Part shown: one piece after another, positions 20,347 to 30,057 of the stretch | How positions within the stretch are numbered: the stretch's first letter is position 1 | Layout of the letters: every line of letters starts with the position of its first letter | Source: a virus | Taxonomy: Duplodnaviria > Caudoviricetes | Reading direction: 5' to 3' (one strand) | DNA: 64,000 nucleotides | Virus record (IMG/VR): IMGVR_UViG_3300021600_000393 | Coordinates: 37,133 to 101,132 of that record | The notes under the pieces: generated by a model | The model's database searches: none | What the model saw: only the letters and a program-made list of their open reading frames with translations | Told to the model about the DNA's origin: nothing | Position numbers and translations under genes: made by a program

Positions 20347-22104
20347 TTGACATCAATAAAAAATAATACAATTGAACAAAAACCATTATCAATTCTAACT
20401 GATTATAATGGGGCTAATAATTATATTATTAATTTAAAAATAAAAAAAGAAAGTAATAATAAATTTTATTTAACCCCTTCTCAATCCGAATATTTAATTA
20501 ATTATTCAAAAATAATTCCAAAAGTCGCAAAAAAATGGGTGGACATTGACCCTTATTTTGCAAAAAAAATTGCCGACGAAAAACTATTAACTTTTATACC
20601 TGAAAAAATTTGGGTTGAAAAATTACTTGTTGAAAAAGAAAAATCTTATCATATTTGGGGAAAAATTTTATCGGGAGATACAAATTACGATTTTTGGTTA
20701 CCAAAAGGAGCTTTTATTAAAACCCACGTAATTAAAGATGTAAAAATTGATTATAATAAATACTCTAATAGGTTTCCACTTGAACATCAAAAAATAGCGA
20801 TTGAAAAATTGGCAGGGTCGTCAAGGTTTATTCTTGCGGACGACATGGGGTTGGGTAAAACTCTAAGTGCGGTAATAGCCGCGTTGGAAACAAATGAAAA
20901 AAGAATTTTGGTAGTTTGTCCTGCAACGCTTAAAATAAATTGGAGAAGAGAATTTGAATTTTTTACAAAAAAAACAATTTTTATTGCGGAAAGTAAAACA
21001 TTTTCTGACGACGCTGACATTGTGATTGTTAATTATGATATACTTAAAAATTTTCACAATCCAAAAAACATCAAGGAGTCTAAAATATACGATAAGTTTG
21101 ATATAATAATTGCGGACGAATGTCATTATGTGTCTAACCCTCAATCAAAACGAACTAAAATATTTAACCATTTTGCAAAAAAATCAAAGTATCTATGGTT
21201 ATTGTCAGGAACTCCAATGACTAATCGTCCAATTAATTATTTTAATTTACTTTCCCTTATTGATAGTCCAGTTGCTCAAAATTGGGTAGGTTATGCGGTT
21301 CGTTATTGCGAGGGGTACCAATTTAACGCCGGAGGTCGTAAAATATGGAATGTGTCTGGAGCATCTAATTTAGAAGAATTAAGAGAAAGAACATCAAGAC
21401 AATTTTTAAGACGATTGAAGACGGAAGTTTTAGAGTTACCTGAAAAAATAATAACCCCAATTTATTTAAAATTAAAATCAAAATTGTACGAAAACTTAAT
21501 GGGCGAATATTATGATTGGTACGATAATAAAAAAGAAGAGTCAACATCACTTACAATTCAATTTAGTAAATTAATGAAAGTAAGGCAAGTTATCGCCGAA
21601 GAAAAAATAAATAACACGATTGAATTAGCACAAAATATAATTGACCAAGACAAAAAAGTTATTATTTTTACAAATTTTACAGACACGTTAAATAGAATTG
21701 CTGACCATTTTGGTAAACAATCGGTTAGGTTAGATGGTTCAACCCCAAAATTAAAAAGACAAGAATCCGTGGACCAATTTCAAGAAAATGAAAAAGTAAA
21801 AGTCTTTGTTGGTAATATGAGAGCTGCCGGAGTTGGAATAACTTTAACATCGGCAGAAGCGGTTATTATTAACGATTTGTCTTTTGTTCCTGGGGAATTA
21901 TCTCAAGCTGAAGACAGAGCTTATAGGTACGGTCAAAAAAACAACGTTTTAGTTTACTATCCAATATTTCATAATACTATTGAAGGGGGGATATATGATA
22001 TTGTTGTAAATAAAAAACAAATCATTGATACTGTGATGGGTGATAATTTAGATAAAAGCGACGTTGTTGCTGAAATCATGAACAGAATACAAGAAAAAAG
22101 ATAA
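20347..22104 (+). CDS. SNF2-family (HARP/SMARCAL1-like) helicase
   Basis: LADDMGLGKT, DECH, LSGTPMTN, LRRLK, GVGITLT, QAEDRAYRYGQ. Confidence 0.92.
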   Translation: MTSIKNNTIEQKPLSILTDYNGANNYIINLKIKKESNNKFYLTPSQSEYLINYSKIIPKVAKKWVDIDPYFAKKIADEKLLTFIPEKIWVEKLLVEKEKSYHIWGKILSGDTNYDFWLPKGAFIKTHVIKDVKIDYNKYSNRFPLEHQKIAIEKLAGSSRFILADDMGLGKTLSAVIAALETNEKRILVVCPATLKINWRREFEFFTKKTIFIAESKTFSDDADIVIVNYDILKNFHNPKNIKESKIYDKFDIIIADECHYVSNPQSKRTKIFNHFAKKSKYLWLLSGTPMTNRPINYFNLLSLIDSPVAQNWVGYAVRYCEGYQFNAGGRKIWNVSGASNLEELRERTSRQFLRRLKTEVLELPEKIITPIYLKLKSKLYENLMGEYYDWYDNKKEESTSLTIQFSKLMKVRQVIAEEKINNTIELAQNIIDQDKKVIIFTNFTDTLNRIADHFGKQSVRLDGSTPKLKRQESVDQFQENEKVKVFVGNMRAAGVGITLTSAEAVIINDLSFVPGELSQAEDRAYRYGQKNNVLVYYPIFHNTIEGGIYDIVVNKKQIIDTVMGDNLDKSDVVAEIMNRIQEKR

Positions 22105-22150
22105 GGTACCTGTTATTAACAATTACAGTCCCTTGTAATATTTATTGTAA

Positions 22151-23701
22151 ATGGAAAAATTAAAATTAAAATCACAAAAGATTGAAAAACAAATCTTATT
22201 AGCCGAAAAACAAGACGTTAAAGAAACCCTTATTACCGAAATGAAAAAAATCGGTATTGAAAAATTACCCTATTCGTACACTTCTTTAAAAAAATTTATT
22301 GACTCTGAAACAATGTCAATACATTATAATCGTCATTATAAAAATTATGTTGAAAAATTAAACAAACTAATTTCTAAAAAAGATTATCCAGATATGGAAC
22401 TCGAAGAAATTGTTAAATCTATTAGTCGATTTAATAAAGGGGTTAGAAATAATGCAGGTGGGGCGTTTAATCACGCTTTGTTTTGGAAAATGTTGTCTCC
22501 AACAACTCAAGAACCTAATGGTGAAGTATTAGAAAGAATTAAAAAAGATTTTGGAACTTATAAAAGTTTTGTTAATATGTTTCAAAACGCAGCAAAAGAA
22601 AGATTTGGTTCTGGATGGGTTTGGTTGGTTTTAACTAAAAATAACGTATTAAAAATACTTTCGACTGAAAACCAAGACAATCCGTTAATGAATGTTGTGA
22701 AAGATGGCGGATACCCAATATTAGGGTTAGATTTATGGGAACACGCGTATTATTTAAAATATCGAAATAAAAGAGACGAATACGTTACTAATTTTTGGAA
22801 ATGTGTAAATTGGGAATTTGTTAATTCACTTTATAATTCAAGATTAAAGAAAAAAATTAATGAAACAGAAAATTTACGTAAACTTATTTCTGAAACAAAA
22901 TCAAATACTTGTAGTTGGCCAGAGGTTGAAGCGATTAGGTTTATTTTTAATAACAATCCAAATATTAAATATATGTACAGAACGGCTATAGATATAATTT
23001 TATCTGAAGTTTTTCCTGAACATTATTATAAAGAAAATGAGTATGAACCAAACAGTTTATATGGAATTTATGATTTAGAACAACCTGGAAGGTCAGGAAT
23101 AAATAAATTAAACACTAATTATAACACTTTTTGTACCTTACTTAAAGATATAAATCTTGTTATTACCCGTGAAAAAGGAAGTGACCCAATAAATAAAATA
23201 AATATTGTTGGTGTTAAACCATTTGAACAAATATTACAAACTAAAAAATTTATTGAATATTTAAACGAATATAAATTTCGAATCTTTTCAAGAAATTCAG
23301 AAACATTTAATAATTTAATGGTAATTTTAAAAGAAAAAGACTCTATTGGTGAAAAAAGAGAATCGTCAGTTGTCAAAAAACTTAAAGAAATTTATGGCGA
23401 AGACAACGTAATAAAAGTAGGTGAATTAGGTAGTAAAAGAGACACTAAAGATGGTGTGGATTGTGAAATAATTATAAATGGGGAGGTATTAACAGCTCAA
23501 ATAAAACCATTTTTAAAAGCTGAAGATATCGGGGAAAATTTTAAAATGCACAATACTGGAAATGTAAAACCTTACAAAACAAATTTTATTATTTTTTCAA
23601 CAATGAGTAATAAAATAATGGTATTTAAAAATGATGATATCACAATTAAAAATGGTAATTATATAATACCAAAGAAAAATTTAATTCATAATATTTATTA
23701 G
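22151..23701 (+). CDS. Mn/Fe superoxide dismutase fused to a C-terminal PD-(D/E)XK-like domain
   Basis: HYNRHYKNYV, NNAGGAFNHALFW, FGSGWVWL, NQDNP, DLWEHAYYL; C-terminus GEKRE...DTKDGVDCEI...AQIKP. Confidence 0.85.
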   Translation: MEKLKLKSQKIEKQILLAEKQDVKETLITEMKKIGIEKLPYSYTSLKKFIDSETMSIHYNRHYKNYVEKLNKLISKKDYPDMELEEIVKSISRFNKGVRNNAGGAFNHALFWKMLSPTTQEPNGEVLERIKKDFGTYKSFVNMFQNAAKERFGSGWVWLVLTKNNVLKILSTENQDNPLMNVVKDGGYPILGLDLWEHAYYLKYRNKRDEYVTNFWKCVNWEFVNSLYNSRLKKKINETENLRKLISETKSNTCSWPEVEAIRFIFNNNPNIKYMYRTAIDIILSEVFPEHYYKENEYEPNSLYGIYDLEQPGRSGINKLNTNYNTFCTLLKDINLVITREKGSDPINKINIVGVKPFEQILQTKKFIEYLNEYKFRIFSRNSETFNNLMVILKEKDSIGEKRESSVVKKLKEIYGEDNVIKVGELGSKRDTKDGVDCEIIINGEVLTAQIKPFLKAEDIGENFKMHNTGNVKPYKTNFIIFSTMSNKIMVFKNDDITIKNGNYIIPKKNLIHNIY

Positions 23702-23702
23702 T

Positions 23703-24842
23703 ATGTTAAATATTAAATTGTCAAAAAAACAATTAAAAGTTTTAGTTGAAGATATAAATAACAATATCGATTACACATATCGACTTTGCAAACAATCAGT
23801 TGACAAAAAAATTAACTCCTCCCCTTGGTGCGAATTAAAAAATATAAGTTATCGAGCGTCAGATGTTTTAAACAAACAATTACAGGAAACTTTAAAAACC
23901 TTACTTGATTTTTTTCCTAGACATCATACAGGTATTTTACCTAACATTATTAAAATTTCACAACAAGACCAAAATAGAACTATTTCGTTTTTAAAAACAA
24001 TTGCCGATTTTATAAACGACCCATTGTTTAGTGATGACCAAAGTAAAAAAACATTACAAAATTTTAAAAATCTTGATGAAATACCAAGTGATTTAGAAGA
24101 CCTTTTAAAAGTTGTAAGAGCTAAAGAATATTCAAATTATGAAAATTCTTTTGTTGGGAACGAATTTACACTCAAACGAGGAATGTTAAAACTAGATTAC
24201 AAATGTGGCGATTTAACTGAAACTAAAAATTTTTTTGAAATAATTAAAAAAATTAATCAAGATTCTAATTTAGCATCTGAATATTGTACAAAAATTATTG
24301 AATGTGTAAAATCTTCAATAAATAACATAAACATTCCGCAAAAAGGAGATTTAATTACTAATTCACCATTATACGTTATTGAAAATGGGGTTAATAAAAA
24401 GATTTTTGATGCCAATTCTTTTTTTGAAGTTAAAAAAATGGATGTCGAAATTGATAGTTACCTTTCAGAATTTTTTTCTATTTTTAAAAAAACAGATTTA
24501 AAAAGTTTAAAACCGGAGTATATTCAAACATATAATAAAGTAATGTCAGTATTATATATGTGGATTAAATCTAATGGAAATGAATTTTTAAATAATGTAA
24601 GAAAATCACTTAATGGAATAATTTATGATAAAAACATAATTGTTCCAACAGAAAATATTGAATTTTATTGGTCAAATAAAGGACAACGAGGTTGTGATGA
24701 ATTAAGACTTTCTATACGATTTAGAATTAAACCTCAAATCACAAAAATTAATGGTTACAAATACATTAACGGGTCAAATATTCTTGAAAATTTTGTTTTT
24801 GATGTAAAACAAAAAGACACTGAGCAAATAATTTGTAAATAA
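23703..24842 (+). CDS. Hypothetical protein, possible PD-(D/E)XK fold in the C-terminal half
   Basis: KGDLI...FFEVKK pattern; late motif 3 nt upstream of the ATG. Confidence 0.5.
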   Translation: MLNIKLSKKQLKVLVEDINNNIDYTYRLCKQSVDKKINSSPWCELKNISYRASDVLNKQLQETLKTLLDFFPRHHTGILPNIIKISQQDQNRTISFLKTIADFINDPLFSDDQSKKTLQNFKNLDEIPSDLEDLLKVVRAKEYSNYENSFVGNEFTLKRGMLKLDYKCGDLTETKNFFEIIKKINQDSNLASEYCTKIIECVKSSINNINIPQKGDLITNSPLYVIENGVNKKIFDANSFFEVKKMDVEIDSYLSEFFSIFKKTDLKSLKPEYIQTYNKVMSVLYMWIKSNGNEFLNNVRKSLNGIIYDKNIIVPTENIEFYWSNKGQRGCDELRLSIRFRIKPQITKINGYKYINGSNILENFVFDVKQKDTEQIICK

Positions 24843-24886
24843 TCGAGAGTTTTCAATAACTTAAATATTTATACAATAAATACTTT

Positions 24887-26014
24887 ATGTCAATTATCGC
24901 AGAACCGCAAAGAACGGAACTTTATACAAGATTGAGGCATTTACTTGGTGCTCCTCTTAGAAGTGTTGAATTAGAAGATGAGCAATTAGATTCTTTTTTA
25001 CAATTATCGATTGATGATTATTCACAATATGTTCAAGACTGGTTAATTGACTCACAATGGGCATCTTTGGATAATCTTAATTTATCAACACAATCATTAT
25101 CTAAAGCTTTTTTAACTAAAAGTTTAAATTATGAACAACGTTATTCCTACGCATATTCAAAAATAGTTGGGTTACAAGCCGGTGGAGATTCGGTCTTAAA
25201 AAAAGACTATATTGTTTTAGAAGCAAATCAACAAATTTATGAAATCCCAGCTGGGAGAGAAATTAATGAATTATTATGGTTTTCTCCATCGGAATTAAAC
25301 AACGCAATGTTTGACCCTTGGTCTTTTGGGTCATTGGGAGCTGGTGGGGGATTAGGTGGTGGAGGTGGATTGGCTCAACCGGCCGGTATGGGTGGTGGGT
25401 ATTTTATGATGCCGGCATTTGATATGTTGTTAAGAATGCAAGAGATTAACATTCAACGAAGAATTATTGCCGGAGACTTAACATATAGAATAACCGCATT
25501 ACCTGATGGTAAAAAAGCAATTCATTTAATGAACACTCCAGGTGGTAAATTTGATTTTGGTAACGGAACTTTAACTAAAGGTAAAGTTTGGTATTGGTAT
25601 TATGATGTTGGTCCAGACGATAGAGACAAATGTTTAAAAATGAATCCAGATATTATTAAATTACCATCAGACGTACCAATGGATAAAATTTACTGGGAAG
25701 AACTTAATAGTCCATCCCAAATTTGGATTCGTCGTTGGTTTTTTGCATACGCAAAAGAAGCTCTTGGAAGAATTCGTGGTAAATTTAGTGGTAATTTAAA
25801 AACGCCGGATAGTGAACTAACTATGGATTACGCATCGTTATTTACGGAAGCTAAAGATGAAAAACTTAAATTATTAGAAGAGTTAATTGGGGTTGAAGGT
25901 AGATTAACAAGACTAAGGCCAGAAAAAGTTATGGAAAGAGAGGCATTAATTGCAAAATCTTTAAACGACCAAATGAAATTTAGAGCGTTTCCAAGACAAA
26001 TTTATGTAATTTAA
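24887..26014 (+). CDS. Neck/head-tail adaptor protein (T4 gp13-like)
   Basis: LGAPLRSVELEDEQLD; WIRRWFFAYAKEALGRIRGKF. Confidence 0.8.
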   Translation: MSIIAEPQRTELYTRLRHLLGAPLRSVELEDEQLDSFLQLSIDDYSQYVQDWLIDSQWASLDNLNLSTQSLSKAFLTKSLNYEQRYSYAYSKIVGLQAGGDSVLKKDYIVLEANQQIYEIPAGREINELLWFSPSELNNAMFDPWSFGSLGAGGGLGGGGGLAQPAGMGGGYFMMPAFDMLLRMQEINIQRRIIAGDLTYRITALPDGKKAIHLMNTPGGKFDFGNGTLTKGKVWYWYYDVGPDDRDKCLKMNPDIIKLPSDVPMDKIYWEELNSPSQIWIRRWFFAYAKEALGRIRGKFSGNLKTPDSELTMDYASLFTEAKDEKLKLLEELIGVEGRLTRLRPEKVMEREALIAKSLNDQMKFRAFPRQIYVI

Positions 26015-26026
26015 AAAAATAAAAAT

Positions 26027-26386
26027 ATGAGTATAATTAAAAAAGGGAATTTTATAAGAAAAACAATTGGTGAAAAACAATTTAAAGTTGATTCTGCTGT
26101 AGATGAAGGTAAAAAATTTATAACTGAAGAAGTTTATAATACTAATGGTGAGTATCTGTTAGTGATAAAAAACGTTGACACATGTAGAGTTACTTTAGAT
26201 TCGGACACAACTGACCATATTATAATTAAAGCGTTAACAGGGACCTATATTGTTCCAAAACAAGGGTTAATTGATGACCAATATGGTGAAATTTTTATTG
26301 ATAAAGGAGCGTGTGTTGAATTTTATTCGTTAGAAAATCAATGGTTTATTGTATCTTCAGATGGACTTAAACTAGACGAAAACTAA
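26027..26386 (+). CDS. Small beta-rich virion-type protein
   Basis: VTLD..IIIK...LID...I..GACVEF....WFI pattern resembles fibre/decoration modules. Confidence 0.45.
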   Translation: MSIIKKGNFIRKTIGEKQFKVDSAVDEGKKFITEEVYNTNGEYLLVIKNVDTCRVTLDSDTTDHIIIKALTGTYIVPKQGLIDDQYGEIFIDKGACVEFYSLENQWFIVSSDGLKLDEN

Positions 26387-26387
26387 T

Positions 26388-27101
26388 TTAAAACTCCGAA
26401 TAAAAAACTTTACCTCGGTCTACAAAATCCTCGGTATTTTCGTTAAATTCTAATTGAATATTATTATCAATAGGGTTAAAAATAAATTTACCAAAAGACC
26501 CTTCATTTATTTCCCACCCACTATAAAAATTACCTAAACTCTCATATAAAAAATTCTCAACATCATTATCGTAATTTACGTCTAACAATCCATTATTTTC
26601 ATCATAAACTGACGTTTCTATATCACCACTATCTCCACCACCATTAAATTCAACATAAGCGATAGGAATACTTAATTCTGTTAACAGTTTCATAAATTTT
26701 ACAACCCCTTCATTATCTTCAAAATCAGTAAAATCATATTCAGTTCCGGATTCTCTTGTGCCATAAACTCTTTCATTTAAAGTAATTAATATTTTACATT
26801 CTACCGCGTCAATATTAATGTCTAATTCGCCACTATTATCACAATCAGAAAAAGATTTTGAAGATAATTCATTATCTTCTATAATTTGATTAATAACAGA
26901 ATCAATGGCATCGTAACTATCAAAAAAACGTCCAGTAGATGAAATCCAATTGTCATTTATATCGTCAATTGAACAATCAGAAATCCAACATGATTTATTA
27001 GTCTCGGTATGACCATATGATTGTACATAATAAGAAAATAATTTTAAAGTTTTTTTCTGAGCTGGGCTTAAATTATCAAAATCTTCTTTTGTCTTATCCA
27101 T
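26388..27101 (-). CDS. Acidic hypothetical protein with DUF6878-like C-terminus
   Basis: VEFNGGGDSGDIE...GWEINEGSFGKF. Confidence 0.5.
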   Translation of the reverse strand: MDKTKEDFDNLSPAQKKTLKLFSYYVQSYGHTETNKSCWISDCSIDDINDNWISSTGRFFDSYDAIDSVINQIIEDNELSSKSFSDCDNSGELDINIDAVECKILITLNERVYGTRESGTEYDFTDFEDNEGVVKFMKLLTELSIPIAYVEFNGGGDSGDIETSVYDENNGLLDVNYDNDVENFLYESLGNFYSGWEINEGSFGKFIFNPIDNNIQLEFNENTEDFVDRGKVFYSEF

Positions 27102-27150
27102 AAATATTTTATTTTTTTATAAATATTATAAATAACGTAAATATTGAAAT

Positions 27151-29934
27151 TTAAACAAAATTTTGCCAACCTTCAGACGCAAAATCATAAATATAATCAG
27201 GAGAAACATTTATATTTTTCCAAAATGTTTGTTCATCATTAGTGATTTCTAATAAATCTTCAATAGTGTCTTGATTTTCAATTTTAAATGGGTGACCATT
27301 TATTAGTTCACATTGTTCTTTAGTAAATAACCCCATATCATCTGGATTATTAACTAACAATGAATGCCTAACAATATCTTTAAAAACCACTAATAATGGT
27401 TGTATTCGTTTATTAAAAGTGGCAATAGCTCTAGCAACATTATAATCGCCTTTCATTTCTGGATTATTTTCTAAAGTTTTTTGTTCTAACAAATAACAAT
27501 TAATCTGTATTTCAGTTTTATCAGGAGGTGCCGGTTTACCGTTTTTAATTTCATATAATTCTCTTTGTTTTTTTGTCATTTTAAATGCAAAAACTTTTTG
27601 AACGTCCCCTTGAGAAGCTTTGTTTGCATTATTAACATAATAAACCACATCACCCAAATTAGGAGTTAATTTATTTTTAATGATTAATTCCATATGAGCC
27701 ATCATACTCATAGCTCCTCCAGACTTACTTGTTTGTTTAGAACGTTTTACATAATCACTTATACTTAATTTAACTTTGGCTCGTTGAGCAATTTTCATTA
27801 ATGGAATTTGTTTATTATATATAACTGACAAATATTCATAATACCAATCAACAAATTGTTTACCATTACCCTCAAGTAACATCCTAACACCTTTATCTAA
27901 AAAATCTTCAATATAAAGAGGTAATTTTTTTGATTTAATAGTATTACCAGTTAATTTAATTTTCCCTTCATGCTCTAAAGTGGCGTAATTTTTTCTTGCT
28001 AAATTTATACACGATTTCCAAGTACCGTCACAATCCAAACCCATTGCTCCTCTCATAAAAATATCGTTAAATTCGGCAACATCCGCATTATAACCAGTAT
28101 ATTCTTTGTCTTTTTTTACTAACCAATTAAGACCTTTACCAATGTATTTTCTATTATCTACCCCATCATTTGGTAATGAAAAATTCATACCATCTGTATC
28201 ACAAACAAGTGGGGTATATCCTCTTTTCATAAAAAATTTTAACATTTGACGAAGATATTGTCTACCAGTACAAGTAATTTTTTCTCCACAATCCATATCC
28301 CCCCAATTAAAAACGTGAGGGGCGCTTAACGAACCAAAAAAAGCATTTATAAATATTTTTAGTGGTAATTGTTTACGTCCATATGATAATGATTTTTTAT
28401 AATCAATAGATTTGTATTCGGAGGCTAAATTTTTATACATAATACGAGAATCCCTAAAATATCCTAACATTCCTTTCATTACCCCAGTTACATCGCATTT
28501 AGGAAAAACATCATGTACTAATTGTATTGAAGGGTAAAGTGAAGAATAGTCAAGTTTTAATACGTCTTTAGAATAACCAACTTTTAATAACCTTGATAAC
28601 CCACCAACAAAATCACGTTTTCCTTGTTTTTTAGGTATTGCTAATTTGTGTTTATATGACCAAGCTAACATAATCATACGCCAAAGAGTTGCGGTTCCCA
28701 TTGTTGATACTCTTTCATATGTTGTTGGTACTAGAGAAGCTAATAAAAACGTACCTTGGTTAAATTCATCATCCACTAATAAAGTTTCTTCTAAGTCATC
28801 ATCAAGATATCTTTCAACAATATTATCTCCGGTTACTTTGATATACGTTCCCGGAAATCTTTTATCTAAATCATTAAATTCTGGTTTATCGGCCATTTTA
28901 TATTTGCCATTGGTAACGTTTAACCAAAATTCATTTTTTTCTTTATACATTTTTCCAATTTCTTCGTGATTTATATAAACACGGTCAGGAGCTTCGGCAT
29001 CAATATATTTTGTAATATATTTTAGACCCGCAGATTTTATACCAGAATTAATTGCTTGAGCTCTTCTTACAGAATGGATAATATCAATTACATTATATCC
29101 CCATATACCTACTTGATTGTATCGTTCAACCTCATTAGCTAATTTTAATAAGTTTTCGGTTTGTTTTATTTTATGGTTTGGATTTAAAGTTTTACAAACT
29201 TTTTTAATGTCAACATTAAGTGATTTACATCTTTCAAATATCCAAAACCAATCAAAATTTGCTGAATTATATCCACCAATAATACTTGGTTTAATTTCAT
29301 CAATAATATTAAAAAACTCAATTAAACCTGATTTTTCCTCTTCTTCATTAGAACATTCAATAACTCTTTGTAAACCTTTATTGGTTTTTATACCAATCAT
29401 GAAAATACGCCCATCTTTAGGCTCAAGGGAGGTTGTTTCTAAGTCAAATACTAATCTTGTGATATCGTTATACTCACTATACCCTTTAAATAATCGTTTT
29501 TCTTTTTGTATGAGATACTGTTCTACAGGAGGTAAAATAGTGATTAAATCTTTTGTGTTTTCCCCCCAAGGCTCAAGACCACCATCTTTAAAAAATTGAA
29601 TTAATGAACGGTACCCTTTAAGAGATTTAACCATAAACTTTAATCCCGATTCCAATCTTTCGTCCCCTTTAGTTTCAAGTTTTTCAACCATGATACCGTA
29701 TTTAGACATTGCTTCTTTTTGAATCGCTTTGGACGATTTATAAAAATTTAATTCTTTTAGGTCTCCGACCCAAGCAAATGCGGTAAAAGTGTCTTTTTTA
29801 ATTGTTTTTCCTTGACCAGGGATTTCTTTGATTTTATAAATTGAATCTGACATATAATCAAATTCAATTGATACTATATGTTCTTCTGGGTCATTACCTT
29901 CTAAAAAAGACTTAATTTCTTCTTGACTAATCAT
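27151..29934 (-). CDS. polB: Family B DNA polymerase with 3'-5' exonuclease
   Basis: ExoI DLETT, ExoII GYNSANFD, motif A DYSSLYPS, motif B KIFINAFFG, motif C DTDG. Confidence 0.95.
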   Translation of the reverse strand: MISQEEIKSFLEGNDPEEHIVSIEFDYMSDSIYKIKEIPGQGKTIKKDTFTAFAWVGDLKELNFYKSSKAIQKEAMSKYGIMVEKLETKGDERLESGLKFMVKSLKGYRSLIQFFKDGGLEPWGENTKDLITILPPVEQYLIQKEKRLFKGYSEYNDITRLVFDLETTSLEPKDGRIFMIGIKTNKGLQRVIECSNEEEEKSGLIEFFNIIDEIKPSIIGGYNSANFDWFWIFERCKSLNVDIKKVCKTLNPNHKIKQTENLLKLANEVERYNQVGIWGYNVIDIIHSVRRAQAINSGIKSAGLKYITKYIDAEAPDRVYINHEEIGKMYKEKNEFWLNVTNGKYKMADKPEFNDLDKRFPGTYIKVTGDNIVERYLDDDLEETLLVDDEFNQGTFLLASLVPTTYERVSTMGTATLWRMIMLAWSYKHKLAIPKKQGKRDFVGGLSRLLKVGYSKDVLKLDYSSLYPSIQLVHDVFPKCDVTGVMKGMLGYFRDSRIMYKNLASEYKSIDYKKSLSYGRKQLPLKIFINAFFGSLSAPHVFNWGDMDCGEKITCTGRQYLRQMLKFFMKRGYTPLVCDTDGMNFSLPNDGVDNRKYIGKGLNWLVKKDKEYTGYNADVAEFNDIFMRGAMGLDCDGTWKSCINLARKNYATLEHEGKIKLTGNTIKSKKLPLYIEDFLDKGVRMLLEGNGKQFVDWYYEYLSVIYNKQIPLMKIAQRAKVKLSISDYVKRSKQTSKSGGAMSMMAHMELIIKNKLTPNLGDVVYYVNNANKASQGDVQKVFAFKMTKKQRELYEIKNGKPAPPDKTEIQINCYLLEQKTLENNPEMKGDYNVARAIATFNKRIQPLLVVFKDIVRHSLLVNNPDDMGLFTKEQCELINGHPFKIENQDTIEDLLEITNDEQTFWKNINVSPDYIYDFASEGWQNFV

Positions 29935-29997
29935 ATTATATTTTTTTAAAATGACATATTAGCTCTGATTTTAAATCAGATTTGTCTTGTTTCTATA

Positions 29998-30026
29998 AAT
30001 ATATTGGAAATCTTTAGTTAAGTCAA
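29998..30026 (-). promoter_or_regulatory. Sigma70-like promoter for the DNA polymerase gene, overlapping a TATTTATA motif
   Basis: TTGACT-N17-TATATT on the minus strand. Confidence 0.5.
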
Positions 30027-30031
30027 ATAAT

Positions 30032-30056
30032 AAAAAAAGACCCGAAGGTCTTTTTG
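30032..30056 (-). terminator. Intrinsic terminator with cUUCGg tetraloop
   Basis: Minus strand AAAAAGACC-TTCG-GGTCTTTTTTT directly after the stop at 30058. Confidence 0.85.
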
Positions 30057-30057
30057 T

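Noticed and set aside
25325-25400. G-rich stretch in the neck gene
   Set aside because: Explained by a Gly-rich coding loop (GAGGGLGGGGGL); no evidence for a separate element
27151-29934. Intein or intron in the DNA polymerase
   Set aside because: Motifs are spaced normally, with no intein-like insertion or frame break
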